64,000 bases of DNA. Source: an uncultured virus (IMG/VR IMGVR_UViG_3300030102_003210). Its lineage: Duplodnaviria; Heunggongvirae; Uroviricota; Caudoviricetes. The notes beneath the pieces were generated by a model. The model searched no databases. It saw only the letters and a program-made list of their open reading frames with translations, and had not been told where the DNA came from. Position numbers and translations under genes: made by a program. The stretch is from the IMG/VR virus record IMGVR_UViG_3300030102_003210. One strand, 5' to 3'. Shown in pieces: positions 57,941-64,000 of this stretch. The first letter of the stretch is position 1, and each line of letters opens with the position of its first letter.

Positions 57941-59152
57941 TCAATCGAAGAACCAATCTTCATCTTCTTCTACGACATCAATTTGCTCAGGGCTTCCGCC
58001 ACGATTGTTAATCACATACAGTCCCGAGACGTTGATGCTGGTTGGGTTGTCAGCAGATTGAGACGTTCTACCTACTACGATTATCGAAGAACCGATACCG
58101 AAGTTGATGTCTACATTCTCAGGTATCCAGCAGGTTGTGCCACTGAAACCATCTCCATCCCAATCAATCTCTGTGTTGAAGTCATCCAAGTTAACAATCC
58201 TGTTACCATTGCTGGTTGCTCTCATGTTGATGCTTGTGACACTTCCATCAGTGAACACGAACCTGTCTGCGTAGTTCTTGCTCATGGCAGAGGCATGATA
58301 TCTATCGATGTCAACCAATGGGCTGTAATTAGTCTCACAGTATTCCATCAATGTGTCTTGTATGTCAATCTGAGATACATCTCTGTAGGTCTCAGAGTCA
58401 GTAGATAGGTCTGCATTGTAGACCAATGACGTAAGTGTGGTGTCTGTTCCACCGCTTATTGCACCTGCTCTGAAAGAGTTTGGTATGCAACTGAAGTGAA
58501 CGAACTCAAACGTCTTTGGCTCAAAGTGGACACAGGATGTGCCTTTGTAGGAGAAGTCCCACTTGCCCATCTGTCCGTCAACCTCTCCAACGAATACACC
58601 GCTTCTGCGATATTCTTCCTTTGGCAATGGCTTACCGTAGTTCTTGTTCCAGTCACCTTCTCTTGTATCTAGAGGCACAATGAATCTACCTGTATCAACT
58701 TCTACATTGTTGTCAGGAAGTTTGCTCATGTGCTTCACAATCTCATCTCCACTTCTCATCATCCTTGCCTCATAGCCATCGCCATCTTCGGTGAAGATAG
58801 CAACTCTACCCAAGTTGTATGTCATTTCGCTGTCTCTCATATACTCATTAGTCAGCCTGTCCCTGTTCATTGCACCCATGTCCCTTGCTTCATTCATAGA
58901 GATGAAGAAACCGAATGCATCCTTGAACAACCCGCCACTGTTGTTAGTGGCTTGTGGTGAATCCTGTCGCTTCATTGCTGCACGACTGTTCACATAGAAT
59001 GCTTTCCAAAGACCCCTTGCTAGTTGGGGTTCTTCGGTTGCGTTGACGTTGTTCTTGGAGCATATGTCCTCAAACCTCGCCATAGCATCCTCTTGGCTCA
59101 TGCCAAGTATTTCTGCGGCTTTCTCAATGTCTTTCTTTATTTCATTATTCAT
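57941..59152 (-). CDS. Single-stranded DNA-binding protein (RPA-like OB folds)
   Basis: OB-fold-like DGSVTSI..IVNLDD..TTCW..IIVVGRT; acidic aromatic C-terminal tail (EEDEDWFFD). Confidence 0.65.
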   Translation of the reverse strand: MNNEIKKDIEKAAEILGMSQEDAMARFEDICSKNNVNATEEPQLARGLWKAFYVNSRAAMKRQDSPQATNNSGGLFKDAFGFFISMNEARDMGAMNRDRLTNEYMRDSEMTYNLGRVAIFTEDGDGYEARMMRSGDEIVKHMSKLPDNNVEVDTGRFIVPLDTREGDWNKNYGKPLPKEEYRRSGVFVGEVDGQMGKWDFSYKGTSCVHFEPKTFEFVHFSCIPNSFRAGAISGGTDTTLTSLVYNADLSTDSETYRDVSQIDIQDTLMEYCETNYSPLVDIDRYHASAMSKNYADRFVFTDGSVTSINMRATSNGNRIVNLDDFNTEIDWDGDGFSGTTCWIPENVDINFGIGSSIIVVGRTSQSADNPTSINVSGLYVINNRGGSPEQIDVVEEDEDWFFD

Positions 59153-59201
59153 TTTTATTTTCCTCCTTTTCTTTTGTTTCATTCCTCATGGAACTCGACT
59201 C

Positions 59202-60119
59202 TCATATCATTTGTCCTATCATCCAAGATGCAAGTAATTTTGGTGTCATACTGCTGCTTCTCCATTCAGACTCCCCAACAACTCTCAGCATCTTGAATTT
59301 CTGAGTTGCTGGCATATCAGTCTTGATAATTACATCATGCAAGTTAATGCAAATAGTCTTCATATCTACTGATTCATACAACAAGTCATGCACCTTACCT
59401 AAAGAATTTTCATAGTTATTTTCATCAATCATTTGCAATATTTCAGTATAGGGTTCTTGATTTTTGTTGATTTGATTTAGTATGGAAGACTTACTATATG
59501 CCACAGCCTGAAGTTCAGTAAGCCCCCGCCTCATGTCTCCATGTAGGGACTCTATGAAGATTTCCAAGTCATCGCTTGTTATGTGGGCAATCTCTTCCTT
59601 CTCTAGAATATCTGACAGCAGTTTGTGTATTGTCCTATCCTGCAACCTGTTGAACCTGTAGTTCGCACATCTAGATTGCAGTGGATGTATTATCCTGAAT
59701 CTATCGTTGCATGTGATTAGGAACCTACAGTTGTCAGAATACCTCTCCATGATTCTCTTCAATGCATTCTGAGCATCCTTGGTCATACCATCCATCTCAT
59801 CAAGAAGTATAATCTTGAATGGGGCATCACCAATCTTCTTGGTGGAGGCAATCTCCTTGATTTGGTTCCTGACCGTCTCAAGCCTCCTATCATCTGAAGC
59901 GTTGATTTCAAAGAAGTTGTTATCCACATCCTCCTTCAATATATCATTGGCTAATGCAATACCAGCAGCAGTCTTACCCACACCTGCTATTCCATACAGT
60001 AGAACATTCGGCATGTTGCCTTGCTCTACCCAATTCTCTGCGTCAATCGTGAAGTTGTATTGTCCAACAACCTCGCTAAGTTTCTTTGGTCTATATTTTT
60101 CTGTCCATAACATTTTCAT
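59202..60119 (-). CDS. rfcS: Replication factor C small subunit (clamp loader)
   Basis: LWTEKYRP, GIAGVGKT, EINASD, ILLDEMD, AQNALKR and LQSRC motifs. Confidence 0.93.
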   Translation of the reverse strand: MKMLWTEKYRPKKLSEVVGQYNFTIDAENWVEQGNMPNVLLYGIAGVGKTAAGIALANDILKEDVDNNFFEINASDDRRLETVRNQIKEIASTKKIGDAPFKIILLDEMDGMTKDAQNALKRIMERYSDNCRFLITCNDRFRIIHPLQSRCANYRFNRLQDRTIHKLLSDILEKEEIAHITSDDLEIFIESLHGDMRRGLTELQAVAYSKSSILNQINKNQEPYTEILQMIDENNYENSLGKVHDLLYESVDMKTICINLHDVIIKTDMPATQKFKMLRVVGESEWRSSSMTPKLLASWMIGQMI

Positions 60120-60128
60120 TCCTCATTT

Positions 60129-60980
60129 TTAATCTAGCCACTTTGACAGTGTGGCGACTGGGTGAACCGGAGTTCGTTTTGTTACTCTCGCTTTGCTTAG
60201 TTGCAGTAACCTCAACTCGCTGTTGGAGAGTTTGTTTCTACAATAGTCTTTGAAATCATCATTTTTCAATAAGTCTTTCAAAAGATATTTTTGAAAAGGC
60301 CGCATTTTTAACTTCCTCAAAATTTTCGGTATTGAGGAATACGCCTTTCTTTGTGGTGGTGTCATCTTACGATGCATCCTGCCATCGTGAGCATAAGCCA
60401 GCATCTCGTAGAAGTATGACTTATCCCACTTTCTTTTCACCTTGGCATCCAAGAACATTAATTTGTTAGGGTGAAGGTTCGGTGCTAACCAAGAAATGAA
60501 TTGTATGTCAGCAGGTTCGCTGACCTTCAGTTGGTTCATTATCACTTCCCTGTCGGGATTCCTGAGATAATCTCCAACCATAGTGAAGATGTCCACATCG
60601 TAGTTGTATGGTTCATCTGAACGTGGGGCAATCTCCTTCATCTCATCGAACAATGACTTCTTTGTCGCCCTGTTCAACTTACACATACCATACAGTTTCT
60701 TAGGAACATCCTTCTGATTGATGGATGTCAGAACGACCTGACCCTTGTATTCAAGGATGGTCTTGCGTATGGCATCTGTGTTGGGCTTGTAGTTGCACTC
60801 CCTGATTATTATACCTCTATCAGAGGGTATCGAGTGATTGTCCTCTATGTCGTATTCGTTTGCATACATTATGATGGGGTCTTCTGAGACTAGTTTCCTA
60901 GCCTTCTCCATCTTGTCTGTACCATCTTTTCCTACAATTATTATTGTTCTATTTTGATTTTTCATATTTATTAGACTCAT
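60129..60980 (-). CDS. Degenerate clamp loader large-subunit-like protein
   Basis: Degenerate P-loop IIVGKDGTDK, VVLTS; adjacent to rfcS; ends TLSKWLD (PIP-like). Confidence 0.5.
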   Translation of the reverse strand: MSLINMKNQNRTIIIVGKDGTDKMEKARKLVSEDPIIMYANEYDIEDNHSIPSDRGIIIRECNYKPNTDAIRKTILEYKGQVVLTSINQKDVPKKLYGMCKLNRATKKSLFDEMKEIAPRSDEPYNYDVDIFTMVGDYLRNPDREVIMNQLKVSEPADIQFISWLAPNLHPNKLMFLDAKVKRKWDKSYFYEMLAYAHDGRMHRKMTPPQRKAYSSIPKILRKLKMRPFQKYLLKDLLKNDDFKDYCRNKLSNSELRLLQLSKARVTKRTPVHPVATLSKWLD

Positions 60981-61260
60981 TTGTATCAATCCTTATTTCC
61001 ATTATTTCTTCATATCTATCCCCGCAGTCTCCACAGTTGACCTGAATTAGAAACCACTTCAAACCGTTCTCTACGTTTATTCCTGCTTCGTAGGCAAACG
61101 CCTTGCTCTTACATGTTCTACAACCTTGTTGTATTCTAGTTAACACATGATGCGATACAATCTCATCATCAGTTAACCCCTTCTTTTTGATTCTACAGAC
61201 ATCGCATATCTGTCTCAGTTCCGACTTGACTTCACGGAGGCTGCACCTAGCACAGAGCAT
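60949..61260 (-). CDS. Double Zn-finger protein
   Basis: CARC..CDVC and CRTC..CGDC. Confidence 0.65.
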   Translation of the reverse strand: MLCARCSLREVKSELRQICDVCRIKKKGLTDDEIVSHHVLTRIQQGCRTCKSKAFAYEAGINVENGLKWFLIQVNCGDCGDRYEEIMEIRIDTNESNKYEKSK

Positions 61261-61262
61261 GT

Positions 61263-61661
61263 TCAGAGAACCCCCTTCATCTTGAGAATCTCATCCAAGC
61301 CCCTTGCTGTCAAGTGCTGCTTCTGTGATACCATGAAAGCGGTCTTGGATAGTGTGTCCCAATCAGCGTTGGTTGGTAGGTCAAGAGGTAGCATGTTGAT
61401 TAGTTTCATGACCTCACTTAGTTTGGTTATAGTTAGGATGGGCTTTCTCCTTGCAGAGTGTTCCTCATCCTTGTACTTAGATTCAATCTCATGTTGCAGT
61501 AGACTTCTCTGCATCCCTAGGAGAAAGTCTTCGTTTCCCCTCAGACAGACTCTCACTCTCACCCTATAACCTATCTCTGTCCCATTCCTAACTATGCTTA
61601 CCTCGGGATTTCCGTGAGAGAGGAACGCTCCTTGAATGAACTCCTTGCTATACACGACCAT
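61263..61661 (-). CDS. Degenerate LAGLIDADG-fold protein, possibly a DNA-binding regulator
   Basis: EFIQGAFLSHG helix followed by GYRVRVRV..FL..M..L and LTIT elements; acidic catalytic residue absent. Confidence 0.45.
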   Translation of the reverse strand: MVVYSKEFIQGAFLSHGNPEVSIVRNGTEIGYRVRVRVCLRGNEDFLLGMQRSLLQHEIESKYKDEEHSARRKPILTITKLSEVMKLINMLPLDLPTNADWDTLSKTAFMVSQKQHLTARGLDEILKMKGVL

Positions 61662-61679
61662 CCGAGAGCAACCCTGTCA

Positions 61680-63212
61680 TTATATGTTACTACAATATCT
61701 CTCGATATCTTGAATGGTATTACACTCACTAGGATACTTGTCCTCTCTTAGTCTCAGTATCCTCGGGAACCTTAACCCATAAGTACCGTCTTGGTTCTTA
61801 GTGACTGAATCTGCTGTGACCTCCAATACCATTCTAGGTAGGAAGAAGTATGTCCCATCATCATATGACTCCACGATTCTCTTGAGTTTGACAGATAGCA
61901 TGTCCATCTCCGTCTCTGATATTCCAGAGCCAACGCTACCTACACCAACATAAGATGAACCTTCTTCCCTCACAGATACCCCATAGGTCGCAATGACTCC
62001 TGCTCTCTTTCCAGTGCCATGCTTACCTGATGTTATGACGACATCAAGTTCTATCCTAGGTGGCTTGTATTTCAGTAGATTCTTCGACCTCCTTGACTCA
62101 TATGGGGCATCTAGGTCTTTCACCATGATACCCTCAAACCCACCGTTGATAGCCACGTTGTATGCCGCTTCGATGTTGTCATGCTCAAACATCCTAGCCT
62201 GATGCTTCTCAGGAACAAAACTTCTCATCAACTCCAACCTAACCTCGTAGGGCTGTTCTAACTGCACGTTGCCCAAGTAGGACATGCAATCAAAGACGAC
62301 TAATTGAACAGGACATTCTGAGACGGCTTTTTGCTTGTCCTTTGAGTGAACTCTCGTACCTAGTTTCTGATGTGCGGTTGGTCTTCCATCGGAGTCTATG
62401 GGAAATATCTCACAGTCGATGACGAATCTCTTTGCATCAAAACCAAACGCCCATGAGACAACATCAGGATACTGGTCTGTGACAATCTTTCCTTTTCTAT
62501 TGAAGATAATTATGTCATCATCCTTGTGTATCTGATATCTGTTACCATCATACTTCGTATCGATGATGAACCTATCAGGTAGTTTTCCAGTATAGGACTT
62601 GGCAAGCATTGGCTTGATGTAGGAACCGTGAGTATGTGTTGGTGGGTCTCTATCATTATCCAAGTAAATAACCAGTGAGCAAAGCGTGTTCGTCTTGGAG
62701 TATGCTCGTATGTCCTTATCGTATAGAAGCGACATTGACTTCTCAACCGTACTATTGTTCACACCATTCCTAGGGCTTCTCAACCAATATCGTATGAACC
62801 ACTTGACTTGTAGATTTGACATACCAATCAAGGCTCGACCTATCTCTTCGTAGGCGTTTGAGTTCATCCTTGAGCAATCTAACTCTAACAGATGTATCAT
62901 CTGTTGAAGTGACAACCCATTGTCAGCATTGTCATAGGGTAGGAAATTCAACATCCCCTCACCTAGGTCGAGCCATTTTCTAGCCTCTTCCTCTATCTCA
63001 TCCTCAAACACATTGTATATGTTCGACAACCATTTGATTGCCTTTCTTTCACCGATGTTGTTGTTGTCATACTCCATCGCTAGTATCTTTATCATCGCAA
63101 TCCTATCACCAGTCGATAGACTAGATAGTGTCGCTGATATTATCTCTTTCTTTCTAGTTGGTGTGGAGTTCTCTATTGACTCACACATCCTGCTCAATGT
63201 TATCATACTCAT
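61680..63212 (-). CDS. lig: ATP-dependent DNA ligase (replication module)
   Basis: KPMLA, TKYDGNR, IDCE, VVFD, EGIMVK, LKYK and LRFPR motifs. Confidence 0.92.
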   Translation of the reverse strand: MSMITLSRMCESIENSTPTRKKEIISATLSSLSTGDRIAMIKILAMEYDNNNIGERKAIKWLSNIYNVFEDEIEEEARKWLDLGEGMLNFLPYDNADNGLSLQQMIHLLELDCSRMNSNAYEEIGRALIGMSNLQVKWFIRYWLRSPRNGVNNSTVEKSMSLLYDKDIRAYSKTNTLCSLVIYLDNDRDPPTHTHGSYIKPMLAKSYTGKLPDRFIIDTKYDGNRYQIHKDDDIIIFNRKGKIVTDQYPDVVSWAFGFDAKRFVIDCEIFPIDSDGRPTAHQKLGTRVHSKDKQKAVSECPVQLVVFDCMSYLGNVQLEQPYEVRLELMRSFVPEKHQARMFEHDNIEAAYNVAINGGFEGIMVKDLDAPYESRRSKNLLKYKPPRIELDVVITSGKHGTGKRAGVIATYGVSVREEGSSYVGVGSVGSGISETEMDMLSVKLKRIVESYDDGTYFFLPRMVLEVTADSVTKNQDGTYGLRFPRILRLREDKYPSECNTIQDIERYCSNI

Positions 63213-63423
63213 TTCTATTCCTCATTATTTTACTCAGTGCCTTATGCACATCTTCCATTTCTTTCATGTTCATTCTGATACCCTTCTTAGTGGGTTGACT
63301 GTTCACATGCCAACGAATATCTACAATGTCAATATTGTAGAAGTTCCCTGTCCTAACTACCATCTCGTTAGTAGCGTCTCTTGCTATTCTTAGTATTATT
63401 TTCTCATCCTTCAAGCCAACCAC
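63181..63423 (-). CDS. PC4-family ssDNA-binding/coactivator protein
   Basis: VDIRW...PTKKGI motif. Confidence 0.75.
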   Translation of the reverse strand: MVGLKDEKIILRIARDATNEMVVRTGNFYNIDIVDIRWHVNSQPTKKGIRMNMKEMEDVHKALSKIMRNRNEYDNIEQDV

Positions 63424-63802
63424 CTTTGAATTGTTGCAGGTTCTTCCACGACTTGAAGTATCGTGGAGACTCCTGTTCGTCTACTCTATGTGCTACCCAT
63501 ACAACGCCGCCTAGACTGCTAATCTTGACCAATTCGTATGTCCTTCCCTCAACCTCAAACATGTCTTCTGTCTGAACATCGGGAACCAAACCGAACTTCT
63601 GTGTCAACTCATTGGCAATCTCATCCATGTGTTCAGCGATATACTGAACAATAAGGTGACGTTGTATAGGCACTTTTGCATCTACTGTGACCTTTATCTT
63701 CCCTGTCATATCACATACCTTGCACTTGTTACCCTCACAAATAGGGCAAGGTATCTCCGCAGGAAGTGGAGCGGGAAAACGAATAGTCACTGCTCTTTTC
63801 AT
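63404..63802 (-). CDS. Protein with CxxC-G Zn finger
   Basis: CPICEGNKCKVCDMTG; ORF open from 63817. Confidence 0.6.
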   Translation of the reverse strand: MKRAVTIRFPAPLPAEIPCPICEGNKCKVCDMTGKIKVTVDAKVPIQRHLIVQYIAEHMDEIANELTQKFGLVPDVQTEDMFEVEGRTYELVKISSLGGVVWVAHRVDEQESPRYFKSWKNLQQFKGGWLEG

Positions 63803-64000
63803 TCTCTGCCATCCCACACTCTGTAAACTACTTCATACTCAACTGTGACATCGAATGGGAAGGCTGCAAAGTGTAGGGTAGCATTACCAAACTCAGGAGC
63901 AAAGCCACTTGACCAATAATTGCTACCTTGAGTCAAGTAGCCTTGCATGTTAACCCAACTGTAGTTGCTGAATATCACAGAGTTATTCACCACCTCAAAG
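63799..64000 (-). CDS. Hypothetical protein (5' truncated by window end)
   Basis: Open frame running off the window; ATGA-coupled to the next gene. Confidence 0.45.
   Translation of the reverse strand, partial: FEVVNNSVIFSNYSWVNMQGYLTQGSNYWSSGFAPEFGNATLHFAAFPFDVTVEYEVVYRVWDGRE

Noticed and set aside
1..64000. tRNA, rRNA, integrase or transposase genes
   Set aside because: None recognised; intergenic spaces are very short and show no cloverleaf pattern by eye

Overview
This window is a 64-kb segment of a tailed dsDNA archaeal virus (Caudoviricetes). Gene content and order most resemble the Magrovirus-type viruses of Marine Group II (Poseidoniales) archaea; the host assignment is inference. 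The plus strand (1-47677) is the virion arm: terminase C-terminus, a LAGLIDADG-domain protein, portal, a cluster of small proteins sharing an N-terminal MxWFxxLK-like motif, an 860-aa ATP-dependent ligase, prohead protease/scaffold, HK97-type major capsid protein, head-tail joining proteins, tail tube, a tail chaperone with a -1 frameshift site, tape measure, large tail/fibre proteins and a methyltransferase. No tail sheath is recognisable, so the tail is probably non-contractile. The minus strand (47731-64000) is an archaeal-type replication arm: DEDD exonuclease, MCM-like ATPase, ERCC4 nuclease, fused primase, Cas4-like nuclease, split PolB, PCNA, RecA-fold ATPase, SSB, clamp loader, a second ligase and a PC4-like protein. 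Two 10-N gaps interrupt the primase and the RecA-fold ATPase. The most striking candidates are: (1) a five-gene cassette built around an Arf/Sar1-like small GTPase with membrane proteins and an ArfGAP-like Zn finger, a possible virus-encoded membrane-remodelling or egress system; (2) a putative capsid-targeting signal on at least seven unrelated proteins, with a ligase-phosphoesterase fusion in the head module; (3) a cleanly split PolB; (4) apparent avoidance of GATC, AGCT and CCWGG. All calls come from motif reading, not database searches.
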